Below are positions 36,295 through 51,021 of a stretch of 64,000 nucleotides of DNA, piece by piece (the first letter of the stretch is position 1; each line of letters starts with the position of its first letter). This DNA is from Balanoglossus misakiensis. Its lineage: Eukaryota > Animalia > Hemichordata. The position numbers and the translations under genes are program-made. The stretch lies in the NCBI GenBank assembly GCA_040954595.2, contig CM082582.2:2278303-2342302 (forward strand), given 5' to 3'. Under the pieces are notes generated by a model. It was not told the origin of the DNA, did not search any database, and worked only from the letters and a program-made list of their open reading frames with translations.

Positions 36295-36554
36295 CTGGAA
36301 TAAAGACGTTTAATGTTGGAATAAAAATGACATCACAAATCTGATACTTGCAATGTGAGTCAACTGCTTGATCTTTTGATGAGGAAACTCTAGGAATTTC
36401 ATCACAATGAGCTTCAGTCACTATTGTAATAATGGTTTTGATTACGATGGTGTGTTATTTCAGTAATAGACTGATATAGATTTGATTCTGAAAGATCATA
36501 ATAATAGTATTTTCTAAGGTTGAGTGACAATTCTCTATGACCAAAACACATGTA

Positions 36555-36724
36555 CAGTAAAACCCGTCTAATCCAAAGGGACAGAAGAAATTGTTCAGTT
36601 TACAGACGTTTCTGGTTTGTAAAGGTTCTTTTAACATGTGGTTCTATGTCAAGGGGACAGGAAAATGTGTTCATTATAGACAGTTTTCCAGATACGGCAT
36701 GTTCCATTTCGACAGGTATTACTG
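36555..36724. mobile_element. pogo/Tc1-type MITE
   Basis: ta-CAGTAAAACCCGTC ... GACAGGTATTACTG-ta. Related copy at 44123-44273. Confidence 0.7.
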
Positions 36725-37547
36725 TATGTGGTTGAACCACATTGAACCAAACTGTAGACTGATACCATGTTCACACTAGGTAAAACTGGAACTGTTGATG
36801 AAAAAGTCTGCACTGAATTGAGATTATTTATATTTGTGGGCTAGTGTAGTTCTGTTTTGCACAATCTAAATGTGGTGTTGTGATATCATTTTGGGAGTGT
36901 GTGGTATTTTGGAAGTTCATAGATATCTAGTTGATTCAGTGTTACTGTTGTGTGAAAAGCCAGTCACTCATAACCATTGAAATGTTTCTGAAACGTCTCT
37001 GCTCAAATGCCGGCATAAAATATTACATGTGAACAGTTGAAGTGGTCCTGGAACATTTCAGGGGTTCAGCTAGTGCTACTACAGTAACAGCATCAGGGGT
37101 GCTATAGAAAGCGGCGTGGCAAACTGCAATGATGTATTTGCAAACAGAATAGTGCGATGGACCTTGAAAAACACCCCAGTTGAGAATTAGTTCTTGCCAC
37201 AGAGAATTTGAAACACCATAGTTGACCCCTAAAAATACTGCTTGCAGCAGACCTCTCCGTGTCTGTAAGTTTATCTTTATGGAAGAATTGACATTAGGAA
37301 TATCTTGTTTGCACCAAGAATCCATTTTATTTCGACAAAATTCGTTATTTTAAAAATATATTTCTATTAAAAGTTGTTACTTACCAAAAACCCAGGCTGT
37401 CTATCGTTATTTTGTTGCACGTAATTGAAATACAGTTTCACACAATTTTTTTAAGTTCCTGCATGCACCGCATGTGAAAAATTAAATATCAAACGCTAGC
37501 CCTGAGCGATGACTCTGTATAAAACATTGGTCAATACGAACACTTAC

Positions 37548-37646
37548 CTGTCCTGGGTATTTACCCCTTGCATTGACATCATATCCATCAGCTATCAGCG
37601 ACTGAATCTTTGCAACATCACCCTTCACTGCGGCATTGATTAGATT
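37548..37646 (-). CDS. N-cap ankyrin exon (NLINAAVKGDVAKIQSLIADGYDVNARGKYPGQ)
   Basis: ttacag/gtaagt, 99 nt, phase 0-0. Confidence 0.85.
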
Positions 37647-40600
37647 CTGTAACATTCAACAATCAACATTTCTTTCATCAAAATATTCTCAAAATGCAAT
37701 CATAAACAGCAGTAATATAAAAGGAAAACATTGAAATCTTCATTAATGAAAAATTATGAAGCCAAAACATGATCATGTACGCCAATTTGAATACAAAATG
37801 ATGACATCATGTTGTGAGAAAACAAAGACAACACAATCACTCTTCTCCAAGACAAAGCAGCAAGATCTCCAAAGGGCAACAGGAAAACAGAAATACAAAA
37901 CCGGTGCTGGCACTCTCAGGGAAAATAGACATTGCCTGTCCATAACATTTCCAGGAATTTTCAACAACAAAAAGACAATTTGGATTCACCTCCTATTGAT
38001 GTGTTGGTACCCCCTGGAAATTTAATTGTCAAAGGGGCACCTGAGTGCCCTTGAAAATGATGTTACTCACATGTTGAAGATATAACATTCCCCCTTGCCA
38101 GAGTGGAATCACCCTCAAATATTCTGGCGAAGGGGGACATATACCCCCTGCTGATACCATCCTGAATAAAACACTGTCTGAATATATATATATATATATG
38201 GAAGAAAATGAGACAAAAGCCCCCTTAGCTCCTAATTTACAAAAACTGCGACAGTTAATGCCATAATACAAATATAAAGCAATAACAATGTTTCTAATAT
38301 AAAGAACTATGGTTTAGACACCCATCCGTATTTCAAATCTCATTTGAACATTGTCATGTTATAAGATGTACCATTTTTATCATTTTCAAAGACAGTGATG
38401 ATACCGAAAAGCGTCCCCTTCTCTGTGATAGTTTTGGGAACATGCATGGATAGCTATTGACCCTGAGTGTATCACCACCAGGGGAGGGTAGAAATTCACA
38501 ATCTTTCGACATTCATATATTTTCCTTTTGTCATTCTGTATACACTTTCCTTCTGTAGTTTTTCTCTAGCAATTTATGTTTTAAGTATGTGAGAAATAAC
38601 ACAATAGCTTAATTACAGACACAATAATTGGTGTTCAAGAATGTGGTCGAAAAACAATTTGTTTCACTAACAACAATGACATGAATAATTTTATATCATT
38701 GCTACAAAAATGCTGGGAGTTGTGATCGTGCCTGGGGAGTGATGACTGCTGACAGTCTAAAGCTTGAGTACCTGGGAAGGGTGCTAATTGCTCTGACTGA
38801 CTCGATAACTCTACAATTAATGTGGATTAATTAAATGTTGACAGAATGAAGAGTGCAGATATGAAGTCAAGTTTGGCCCACAAAACTTCAGTTATGTGTT
38901 CCACTATTTATGAAAAAGCAAATTAATTTAATAACTTCACATTGCAATAGTAAACCAAGTAGTCATTACCATCACATGAATGTCGCCAAAAACCAACATG
39001 AGAACGTGGAATGAGAATTGTGTAATATTAATTGCAGCTTCCGCAATATATTTTGTTTGACCCTTTATATTTACATTTTGTGCAGGGATTGTTTTGCCAT
39101 TTATGGCTGTGTACAATCGAATCTGCAAAACTGATAACAGTTTCATAAATACTCTGTGTGCCATCATGATTCTGACAAATAGATGCTTATTTTTCTTTGT
39201 AGTGCAGCTTGTATTTACTTATTGACTTTTATACAGATACAGTCTTCAAAATCAAATGATTAGCTAGACGACGCAATCCCAACAAAACTAACTTGCCAGT
39301 TGAACTCAAGACTGCAACATCGTGATATGGTGTAATTTGTGAATGAATTTCAAGGCAATGTTAATGACACAACAATGCAATGGCTTCCCCGGAAGATAAA
39401 GACCCACAGGTAAGTTACTTTTGAACTGAATTTACGCTGTCCGTCTCATCATGACCACCCATAATCTATCAACAGGTGTTTCAGAATAAATATCCGTCTG
39501 CTGAGATTTTTCTTGGTTCAAGTGGACTGAAACATTTGAACGACAAAATTTACAAATTACCACCCGGACAGAACGTGTCGCAGCAAAATTAAAGTTGTGA
39601 AAACTTGACAAATTGTCGATGAAATTCAACACTGCAGACAGCAACTTGTAGACACGGCAATATATGTGTGCTCACATTTGCATGTTAGCTCCAATTGCAA
39701 GTCAGCTCAAACCAGCTCTGTGCTATGCGCGTTTTGTACGCCTAAAATATTAGTCCATGAATCTGACTTGTTCTACAAGACATCAAATGACTGTCCAAAC
39801 ATCTGTGGAAAGGTGAATCAGTCAGTCAGTCTATCCGTCAGTTGTGAGTGGGGTGTCTGTGTTGGATCGAGAGACTGTGAGTGGGGCACACAACTTTTAA
39901 CAATGACATCATGGAAACTGTTTGTTGTTTGTGCTGGACGTACAAAGTTTTTACTAGTAATAAATTGCTCGTCATATTTTATTATCACAATCCAAAGTTT
40001 TCAATCTATGTCTGTATTACTGTATAGTCAATCATTCTCGAGTCTGATTAGCATCTCTTCAGTGGCTCACTCCACATAGATACCAATTACCATATCAACA
40101 GACAATGACCTTTCTGACCTGTGCGAGTTCATTCAAGGTGACACAATTGTCGATTGTAAGCGAACAGTGTTTCAGCCGCACTCAGTTTAATGTCATGCTA
40201 ACCTATGATCACTTGGCTATCAGGTTTTATTGGGCCAGTGGCATGCTTGATCTAGATGTTATTTTTGGAAGCAAAGTTGATGGCTAGATACTAGACTAGG
40301 ATAGTGCATGATCACATACACGCCAAGATGAATCATTATAAACACAGAAATCATAGTGTCCTTCATAGTTGCATAGGTGTATGCAGGGACAGTTAAATTC
40401 TCTTCATCTTAATTTCATTCAAAAGCCTTGAATGCTAAATTTTCATGTTGGGATCGGTACGTAACAGCTTGAAAATGTAATTCGCCCATGCAGTCAAATT
40501 TAGATAACAAGAAACAATGTTCTTTTTGTGTAGCCCTTATTAGAAAGGACAGGTATGGTCCCCTTTGGCCATAATGCCCTGACCATATCATCGATCGCCT

Positions 40601-40801
40601 CATGGTATCACACAAACAAACACACAAAATGTTGAGTGGTTTACGAGGGTACTCGTTCTAAGCTATTTTCTTCATGATGTTTAGAGATGGCAAAACGTTG
40701 ACAATAGCAAAGATGCTGAAAGCCAGTTACCAAACATTCTTTGAGAAATTGTGTTAAAGATGTATGATCAGTAAAATTGAACGTGTTGTTATTTCTCTTA
40801 A

Positions 40802-41596
40802 GATGGGTCCCTGGGATCTTTTTGCCCGTTGCTATGGGCCTTTATAGGACATTACACCCCGATTTGGACTAAGCCGTTTTCAGAGTCTAACAAGGGGCTG
40901 GTAACTAGTTGAAAATCTGCACGATTGTGAGCGCGCGCCCCCTGACGCCATTGATATGCAAATTAGCTAGGTCAAATTTCAAAAGCCTAAGGCTTTTTAT
41001 TCCGTGACCTCAAAAACGAACTTGATACGTATTCATTAGTTGCTTGAACCAGGGAAGATCGTGACGGATTTTGTTTTCGAATATTATCGTTGTATCCTAC
41101 GATTTCAGCATACCCGTACCACACCTGAAAAAGTCATCGATTTTGGGTGTTTTTGGACGCACTCTTCCACTGGTATCGCTTCTTAACACGACGAAAACCG
41201 AAAAAACGATCCGTCACACTATGCGGAAGTGCGTTCTCAACAAGCAGGTCAAATTTGGCTGGCCTACGTCGCCTGTGAAAAAAGCCTTAGGGATTTTTGT
41301 GAACGGTACAAAATCTCTGTGTACAAAACATTGGATTTTTAGCGTTCGATCCAGTTACTGTGGTTACAGGACGCGCACGCTATCGCTGACCGCTGCTTTG
41401 CCGTATTAGCGTGGCGGCCTATGGCCGGGCGGTAGCTGCCGTAAACATACTCAGACAGGGGGTGTGCACACAATCGTGCGTATTTTTAACTAGTTACAAG
41501 CCCCTTGTCGGACGTTCATAACGGTTTCGATCAAAATTGAGTGTAGTGTCCTATAAAGGCCCATAGCAACGAGCAAAAAGATCCCAGGGACCCATC
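40802..41596. mobile_element. Non-autonomous TTAA-specific DNA transposon (Kolobok-like)
   Basis: TTAA at 40798-40801 and 41597-41600. ~55-bp TIRs GATGGGTCCCTGGGATCTTTTTGC... / ...GCAAAAAGATCCCAGGGACCCATC, extending imperfectly further. Confidence 0.9.
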
Positions 41597-41629
41597 TTAA
41601 TTGTACATTTTTGGTTTCTCCTTAAATTA

Positions 41630-41984
41630 AATATGGCGTTTACTGTAATTTGAATCATGGGAAAAAAAGCGCCAGGACCAACTTCCGCCCACCATGGTGT
41701 GGGTGATACCATTCTCCGATTGGTGTCACTGGGCGACAGACTAGGTGTATTTTCATAGCTATTGTTTGTTCTTTGCATCAGTTGATAAACAATCATCAGC
41801 AAAGTCGAAAATTTGTCATCTATTGACAGTTTTCATGAGCTATAACCCATGAAAAATATGCAAATACGCTTAGCTTGTGATGCAGTGATACCAATCGGAA
41901 AATGGTATCACCCACACCAAGGTGGGCGGAAGTTGGTCCTGGCGCTTTTTTTCCCATGATTCAAATTACAGTAAACGCCATATT
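41630..41984. mobile_element. MITE with ~100-bp TIRs
   Basis: aatatggcgtttactgtaatttgaatcatggg...gtcactg / cagtgatacc...cccatgattcaaattacagtaaacgccatatt. Confidence 0.85.
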
Positions 41985-44122
41985 GGAAATTCTGCCAACT
42001 TTCCCTAGATTTTGTAAAAAATCGCGCGACCTATACATGGCGAATATGTTTTTTTTCTGAAAGAGTGACATCAAAGCTACCAAATTATGTAGAAATCTGC
42101 TACGCCTGATTTCCCCTTTAATAGGATAACATGGTGAAAGCAGGCGATCTGATGTCAGATGAAGCAAATTTTTCATGGTATTTTGGAGTTACTGAATGAA
42201 GCTAGACTTTGAGGATTATTTTTCAGATTTTAGGTTTGCATTTAAAAACAAAACACTTTGTTCTTTGTCCATGTAATGTCTTTAATCATTTTATATGTTT
42301 TAAATAAAATTACCTTTTAAGTGAATTTTATTATGTGAGCAGTTTTTTGTTGATGCACGATGGGAGGAAGTGTATCGGCTTGAAATATGCATTTACCGAT
42401 TTGTTGCTATTGATCTGCTTTGAAATGCAGTTGCATCTCAAAGCAGATTAATAGTAACAAATTTACAGCAAAGGTGAATAAGAAGGAAAGGTCAAATCCT
42501 GACAATGAAGGATGACCCCAGAATTGTGACCTTTGGGGTAATTTAAATATGACCCCAAAATTATTTTGCAAATATTTGCCAACAATGATGACATAATGTA
42601 TGGTAATTTCTGGAAGGGTCTGCGTTAAATATATGTAAAAATACCAGGAATGTGAACTCAACTATGCAAATGTAAATGTCTGTGATGATGATGTAACGTA
42701 TGCTAATAACACAGTCATGCAAATAGCAAGGAAGATATGTACTGAGAATGTGTACAAATACGTTGGAATGTTTATAGTGTGCACTTGATCTGCATTGGTC
42801 TGCGTTGTGCACACCCGTGATCTTCATAGATATACGTGCACGTATACTAACACATTGGTATGTTCCATATACGTGAATATACGTCACATATACGTGGTGC
42901 AGATTGTAGATGTACAACTGTGCAGACTATTGTATACTTGCGCATATTCCTAATCTACGTGTCCATATACGTGAAAATACTGAATGTATATCAACCTTTT
43001 TGCCCAGTGGGGGGTATTCCGAATGTGCCCTTCCTATGATAGCTGCAAAAATTGTAGCCTAGATGGGCTGGTTGATCAAGCCCGTCAGCGATCAACCAGC
43101 CCACCAAAGCTACAATTATTGGACCTATTCTTATGATAGCTGGATCCATAGGGTAAACTGTACAAAACAAATCATTGTCAGTATAAAATGTGGTAACTTT
43201 TGGCTTTTGTTTCTTCTCATTGAATTTCGACATCGCAAAGAAATTTTATATGTCAGTCAATACTTATAACATTGAAATATGCATGAAGTTGCACAGTTCA
43301 TATAAATATTACACCACTGGCTACTAAGCTATATCATGCCACTTTTATGACCCCTTTTGACCTCCTGATCCTGGAATTTTGTTGGTGTGAGTATACAATT
43401 TCGAGTTTACCAACCACGCTATTAAATCAATGCATTTTTTCTCATCCTTGAACAAAACTGTTAAACATTGCCTGTGTTAGAAAGATTAGCTGTTGTATTT
43501 AACATTGAATGATGAATGATGTCAAACCAACAAATCACCAGGATGTAAGGTCACACAGGGGTCATGAAAGAGGCCTGTAAGATACTCTTGTTCTCTGCCC
43601 ACTTTCTAACCCTGCTGTCACTACCAGCAGCAGGAATGGGACAGGGGTCCAGGCTATATCTATAGGGCTGTTTGCTAACATTAAGTGTGTTTACTTGAGT
43701 AAGTTGGGTACTATGATAGGAATTGTCACCATTACTGTAGGGGGAGACATGAGTCTACCTGGTTGATTTATATTTTACATGTTGTGCTTAGATTAATAGA
43801 AATAATTGATGCATGGTTACTTAGGAACACTTCCATAACTAGTCTGCATTTTGCCTCTGCCAAATAGTAAAGAAAAAAAAATCAGAGAATAGGCAGAGTA
43901 GAAACTAAGCTGCACTCCCCTAACAATAAAATGGTTTACCCGTAAGTCTAATGTGATGCATCGTGTCATTCAATTTGTGTCAATAAAATGGCAACCACTT
44001 CAGTGTTCAGTGCAAACAGTGTGTGACATACCTTTCCACCTGACCAAATCTATTAGAAACACATTTTTTGAAAAGAATTTGTTTTAAAGGGGCAGCTGCT
44101 ATGACATTTGGGATATTAACTA

Positions 44123-44273
44123 CAGTAAAACCTGTCTGAACAGAACACTGAAGGCACTGAAGAAATTGTAAAGGTTCTTTTAATATGTGATTCTATGTCG
44201 AAGGGACTGAAACGGTGTTCAGTATAGACAGGTTTCAAGATTAGACAGGGTTTGGTTTTGACAGGTTTTACTG
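44123..44273. mobile_element. pogo/Tc1-type MITE
   Basis: CAGTAAAACCTGTC ... GACAGGTTTTACTG. Interior resembles 36555-36724. Confidence 0.65.
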
Positions 44274-46596
44274 AAGGTTGAAAATTAATTCTATGTGGCC
44301 ACTGAAGTTTCTTGTGCTACTCCCAACAATATGTTGGAACCCACAATTTATGTATAAAATACCTTCCACTAAATATTCAAATGTCACCAAAAACATTTGA
44401 CTCTAAATAAATAAATAAACATATTCAATAAACACATATTTTGAAGACAAGTTGCATATTTGCTTGTAAAAGTAGTAAAATCTGTGATAGCATTACACAC
44501 CCACAGGCAATGTTGACAAGTGAAGTAAGGGTATATTAGCATGCTGTTTGGAGTTGTTTTTGTTGTTGTTGTTGTTCCTTTATTCCTCCTCGAAATGAGA
44601 AGAGTTACATCAACACATTAAATTACAGAGGTACTACTATACTAAATTATATAGGATGGCTTCCGACAAGAAGCATTTCACGGTACTAAATTCAGTTCGC
44701 AAGGCATATTTGTACAAGGTCCAGCACATTTTCTTGAAGAGTTGCTTGTTCACCAGACTCCTGGTAGTCAACCATGTAAATTCTATCTCCTAAAATATTA
44801 GCAATGAAGGCAAGATCATTTGAGTTGTAAATTGTTGTAGAAACAGTAATGCTCATTTTGTCGAAAAGACAGTTCCAAAAAGAGTCCCTTGCTGTTGTTG
44901 TATGACATTATGACATATTAAGATAGACCAATCTAAGTTGTAAAATAAAATCATGAAAATAATGCAAAAGTGGCATCTCTTGAGATTTTATGCAAGGGCA
45001 ATTGACACATGACCCACCACACACGTACTGATAAGAAAGGGAGTATATAAGAACCACGTTGGCAAACATTTTAAGGCAAATATTGACCAGCTGTCATAAA
45101 ACTGTCAGATATTTTATTGCTCTTATAGAGAATGGCCTTCACCTGTATCTGATTACATGTTGGAGTCAGTGAGACTCCATGTGTACCAGCCTCCAGTGTG
45201 TAATTGTTATCAGCACCGCTCAAGTTAATTCATACTTATTGTATTAAAACTTAAACGTTTACTATTGTTCCTATTAGCCAACATCGATTGAATTGTTATT
45301 AATATCAGCGTGTTCACACTCACTCATGTACTAAGTAAAGAAGTGTAAATGACATCCCTGTCCACACAAGACCACTATAAAAGTCATAAGTTTGACCTTC
45401 CATTAATTAGGTTTCTGTGACTATTCCCTAGGTATTGTTGTTTTTGATATTCTGATGGTTTAGTTTGAAGTTTATTGACATGCTGTCTGTTCAGCTTGAT
45501 ATGTACAGGTACATATCAGAAGCAATTTACTATGAGTCTAAAAGATTAAATACTGTTTGTTATATTGGCTTTACGGGTATAGACTTTGACAGAAACCACT
45601 CAACACACTTAATTTATAGCTCAGAATGTTTGTTTAGTCGCTAGCAAATAAATAACACTCCACCACAATCAAGTAACAAACAAGCAAACACTTTTCTACC
45701 AGATCGCGTTAAAGTCAGGAATTATCATGAGCTACAGTTTATACAGCTTTTTGGCAAATATTGTAGCAACCATGGTCCTTTTAGAGCGATAGTTTCTGAA
45801 TTGCCATAAGAGGCTGTGGTATATTTGCATGTTTTAATTATTAATCAGGCAATTCAAGCTTCCGGGACACAGTACCATTCAGCACATGCGTCTCATAAAT
45901 GTATGGACATGTAAATTTTAAGTGTTACTTTGCCATGCCGATTGGCATTATTTTTTCTACTGCAGATCGCTGCCCTGCGTGAGTGTTGGGTGATTGATGG
46001 TGATTCCCTCCGCCGTTTCGGCTTTTCGTGTAAATCACAGTCGAGGAGTTTACGTGTATTTAATGCATGTTCGCGTGTCCGCTTATTATCCAGAGACTTC
46101 AGTGGAGTCGCCTAGGTGTGACTGTCATAAGGATACCGCTCGAACAAGTATACAGTAAATCATGACATGTTGAGTAGATATTGTATTTCAAGAGATATAT
46201 TTTAGAAAATTGGGCCAATGTAGCCTCTACAGGCAGAATTGTGTGTATATTGGAGAGAAAAAAATCATTCAGACTATATTACAGTTCTGTATTCAAACCC
46301 ATGTCCACGATCCTATACATGCAGTGATAGGACAGGCATACATTTCAGGCTCTGTCACGTCACTGTGTCTACAGCACTTTATATAGCTATGTCAACCCAG
46401 CTGTCACATATATTGTGAATGGCTAACGCCATAACGGCATCATCCCTGTATTCTGACTATTCGTAATGGTAATAAAATAGTACTGAAATGACTGGTACGC
46501 CATACAGCATTACAATCAACAAAAAGTAAAAAAATAAATAAAAAAGTAAACAAAAAAAACCAGGAAAACATTTTTAAAATACCAATAAAATTATGA

Positions 46597-49500
46597 AACT
46601 ACTAGAAGGGGTAACGGCTGAGAAAGCGGGTAGAAAGACTTGCAAATTAGACTTAGGTGGCGCAGCTTCACCAGCAAACGTCTTCACCCAAGCGCCATTG
46701 GAATGCTAATCTCAACAACAGATTTTACCTCATTTCAAGCATCAAACTGAAAAAAAATAGCGTCAAGGACACTGTGGTCCCATTTGAGGATTATGCGGAA
46801 ACAGTGACACACCAGATAAAAATTACAGGTGACATTGCTATCAGATATGATCTCACCATATAGAAATATGGAATGTAAAAAAATTAATAAGGAACATGCC
46901 CAATAAACTGTCATGTGTCATGGCAGTCTTACAACTGATGCTAGAAAAAAAATTGACCAAAAATTGTCTGTACAAACACAAATGAGAAGAAACTTCTTTC
47001 AGTCAGCCCTGGAACAGATACATGTGTTATGAAATTATATCCTAAATTTCAAAGCAATCAGAGAAAAAACAAATTTCAAAGCAATCCAACAAGCAGTTTC
47101 ACAGAAAATATTTGTTCAAAAGTGGCAAAAACACAAATATGCAAATATCACCAAAATTTTGCAAATCTTACTTCAATCACTACAAGGAACATGCTGCAAA
47201 AGTTCAATGCAATATGACAAGCAGTTTCAGACAAAAAAATTGACAAAAATTGCAAAAGTTTCCCCGATAACACATTTATGCAGATATCAAATTTTTTTAC
47301 AGCATATTACTTAGGTTACCCCTACGAACATGCCTACCAAATTGCAAAGCCATCTGGCATGCGGTTTTAAGGAAAAAAAAATTGACCAAATATGGCAAAT
47401 ATTGCTCAAAATAATAAATATGCAAATTTTGCAACAATTTGAACAAAACTATGGTTACTCAGACAACCATTAGATAGATAGATAGATAGATAGTTTTATT
47501 TCACCAGAAAGATGCATTTTACATAACTGGTGCGGACCAGGGAAGTAGTTCTAGTGGAACTAGTCGTGTCCCTGGCCCTAAATACATACAAATCATTGAA
47601 ACAATTAATATAATTGCCAATTCATATCACAAAACAATAGTTGGTAGTCAAACAACGCGGTGACAAAGTAAACAGGTTTATAAAAGAGGTTAAATTAATC
47701 TATGCTCAACAGATACATTTTCAGAGAGCTTTTAAATAAGTTCCTTGATTTAATTGATTTTATTTGTGTAGGAATTTCATTCCAATGCTTGGCAATAGAA
47801 TAGTATAAATTATTTTGAGATGAAGTAAGTTTTACTTTGGGAAGCGTAAACTTATCAGTAGAGGCAAATCTTGTAAAATATTTGTGTGATACAAATGAAG
47901 CATAGCGATCTAGTGAGTGGGCGTAATGCCCTGCCTTTAGATCATACGCAAAAACACAAGTTTGAAATTTACAGAGTTTGTAAACATTAAGAATTCCAAG
48001 TTGCTGAAAAAGTGGTGCGCTATGTGTATTGGGGCTAGAAAATGTTATAAGTCTTACAAGTCTCTTTTGCAATTTGAAAATACAATCTAAATAGGTTTTA
48101 TACGCATTTCCCTATATTTCGATACAATACATTATATGGGGAAGGATAAGACAATTGTATAATAATAAAATTATAGACTTAGGGAGATCATGGCGTACAT
48201 ATGAAATAATACCGATTTTTTGGCTAACCTTCTTAAAGATAATGTTGATGTGAGACTTCCAGGATAATGATGAGTCAAGAGTAACTCCAAGATAAATAGC
48301 AGAAGAAACTTTATGTAATGGTAAATCAGAGACATATAAATCTCCCTCAGGCTTAAACTTCGCCTGGGCTGTTTTGAAAATAACATAGTTTGTTTTGTCA
48401 ATATTAATAGTAAGTTTATTTGACTTACACCAGGTCTGTACTTTAGTTAGCTCAACATTCAGAGTGGCAATATCAATTTTGTCCTGCTTATCTGAACAAA
48501 ATAAATTGGTATCGTCAGCAAATAACCTGAATTGAAAATAGTCTGAGGAACTGCAGATATCATTTATATATACTAAAAAAAGAAGTGGACCTAGAATTGA
48601 TCCCTGTGGAATCCCACAGGAGATCCTTTTCGCTTTTGAAGTGCAATCATTGACCTTGACATACTGCTGTCGGTCTTCTATATAAGTCTTAAACCAATTA
48701 AGTGTGGATCCCCTAATCCCATAGTGGCATAGCTTAGCTAACAAAATTGTGTGGTTAATCGTATCAAATGCCTTTTTAAAATCAATAAAGATACCAATGG
48801 TAACAAGACCGTTATCAATGTGCTTTGATATTTCAGTTGTGAGATCTGCTAAAGCTAACTTAGTACTATATTTCTTACGAAATCCATATTGGCTGTTAGT
48901 GAGAATATCAAATTTTTCGAAAAAAGAACACAGTTGCTTATTTACAATAGACTCATACAGCTTACTAAATATTGGCAAGACAGAGATAGGTCTGTAGTTT
49001 CCTATTTCATGAACACAGCCCTTTTTAAAAATTGGTGTTACTCTTGCCATTTTCAGTTTCTCTGGAAAAATACCCTGTGACAAGGAAATATTAACAATAT
49101 GAGCAAATGGTTCTGTAATATAATCAGCTGCTTCCTTTACAAGTTTTGGATATATTTCATCAAAACCAGCAGCTTTACAATGGTCTAATAAATTAATTTC
49201 TCTGAGTATATCACCAGAATGCACAGGATGGAAAAAGAAAGAATTAAAATGACGAATACCAAGGTAATCATTGAAATTAGTGCTACAATGTATTTGTGAT
49301 GCTAGATTTTGTCCAATGTTGACAAAAAAAGAATTAAAAGCGTCAGCTATATCAATATTTTAGGAAGCTTCATACTAAATTTCAAAGAAGTAAGCCCATC
49401 ACTTTGAGAAATGAAGACTTTTTATTGAATAACATGGAAAAATAAAAAAAAATGCATAAAAAATAGGAAATCGATAATATTAGCTCAAAACATACAGGAC

Positions 49501-49826
49501 TGTATGAGGTTGATATAAGGTACATGCATACCAATTTTCAAATCAATATGACCAGTGGTTGTTGAGTTACCGAGTTTTGTCACATTTTCCCAGCTAATTT
49601 GCATATTTTTGGCAATGACAACTTCATTTGAACAAACTCCCATCTACAGCCCTGCCTGCATCTACACACCAAATATCAAGGTCATACGCGCTGTGGTTTT
49701 CAAGTTGTTGATGTGGACGGACATACAGACATACATCCATCCATACATCCATCCATACATCCATCCATACATACAGACGCAATCAATCCCATAAGGTCCC
49801 ATGGTACATACCAATGGGACCTAAAA
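46597..49826. mobile_element. Older non-autonomous Helentron-like element interrupted by a LINE; left boundary approximate
   Basis: Degenerate internal repeats (aaatttcaaagcaatc, atatgcaaat), (CATC)n/acagac microsatellite at ~49720-49778, terminal hairpin aggtcccat...atgggacct followed by aaaaa. Confidence 0.55.
47471..49361 (-). mobile_element. 5'-truncated CR1/L2-group LINE (RT plus 3'UTR)
   Basis: ORFs 48112-49224 and 47695-48072 (QYGFR, FIDFKKAFDTINH, GIPQGSILGP, FADD), split by a small deletion. (TCTA)n tail at 47471-47493. Confidence 0.9.
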
Positions 49827-51021
49827 ACGTGATAGTGAAATGAAATTTGTCAAACTTGTGGTCATTTTATTTTATCAAATTTCTGCATTTTTATCTGATT
49901 GTGGTCTTACCTTCAAATCACTTGACAAGGTAGGCGACACAATGTTGCATGCTAGGAAGGTGACGATTTTTGACTAAGAGCAGTGTTATGTTAAGCTTAT
50001 TCCTATCTCAACTTATTCCAACACAATGTTCAATGAGAACTTTTAATTGTAACAACTGACATTTCACATCAAAAGCAACACTGTTCTGGAAATGACGACA
50101 ACTGTTATAAGAGGTTCATTTATGTATTTATGTATTTTGGACTGGAGACTGCTGTGCAAAATTCACCTCAATGGGCCTTAATATTAAATACACCATCAAA
50201 CACTGTGTGAAATAGCCTGAATCCACCAAGGATTGTTGTGGATTCTTTCGTGGATTCTTACAGAATCCAGTAGAATCCTGAGATATCCATCGTGGATACT
50301 CAGAGAATCCACATATAATCCAATAGTGGATTCTGTCAAATACGGAACACTTTCAGAATCCACAATAGAATCCTTTACAGTATTTCAGTGGATTCTCTGT
50401 AACAGTTCCCAGAGAAATCTTTGCTTGATTTTGATGGATTCTGCATGAGAGTAATAATCGTGGGGTTACGCCCATTCCCTCAAAATTTCCCATGTGACCT
50501 TGCAGCTAGAAAATGGCATTAAATATCACCGATATTTGCTGCCTTTAGTTTTAGAAAGAAAGCCACTATAATAATTGAGATATACGATCGGAATTTTGTT
50601 CAAGCGTGCTCTAGTCATGCTCTTTTGCATTGGACACGGAATGTGTAAATTCAGAACTTTTATTCCATTTACTGTTTTATTTCGATTAGGAGTACAATGG
50701 GACCTATTTGGGATGTAGTAATTTTAATTCATGTTTTATCTTTTTTATTAAGAAATGTATATGTTTGTGTTTGCAATTATGTTCGTGTTACACTAGGTTC
50801 CATGATTCATAATGTATTCCGGGCCGGGGCCATTGTTTCTGAGTTGTAATTGTGGTGATGGCAAACGCCTGTCTGCTTTTGAACTTTCACAGTTGAATGC
50901 TTCAATAATAAATTCCTGACTTTGGATGAACTTCTGTGCTTGAGTTTGTACTCCTTCCAGATGACTCATTCCCGTGGGGAAACAAATAAACATACATAAT
51001 GATTACCTTTTGTTATTATGC

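Larger units (their letters stand above)
15440..37646 (-). pseudogene. Spliced ankyrin-repeat ROC-COR (Roco, DAPK1-like GTPase module) gene with an in-frame stop before the P-loop; start exon and 3' COR exons not located
   Basis: Phase-compatible exons give 16 ankyrin repeats, a linker, ROC G1 (GYGGNGKTT), G3 (WDFAGQ), G4 (GSKAD) and the COR start (RYLHYLGE). TGA at 21342-21344 and 19140-19142. Confidence 0.8.

Noticed and set aside
44032-44049. Possible 18-nt upstream micro-exon (IWSGGK) of the Roco gene
   Set aside because: Splice-like flanks are present but it is too short to distinguish from chance, and no start exon could be linked.
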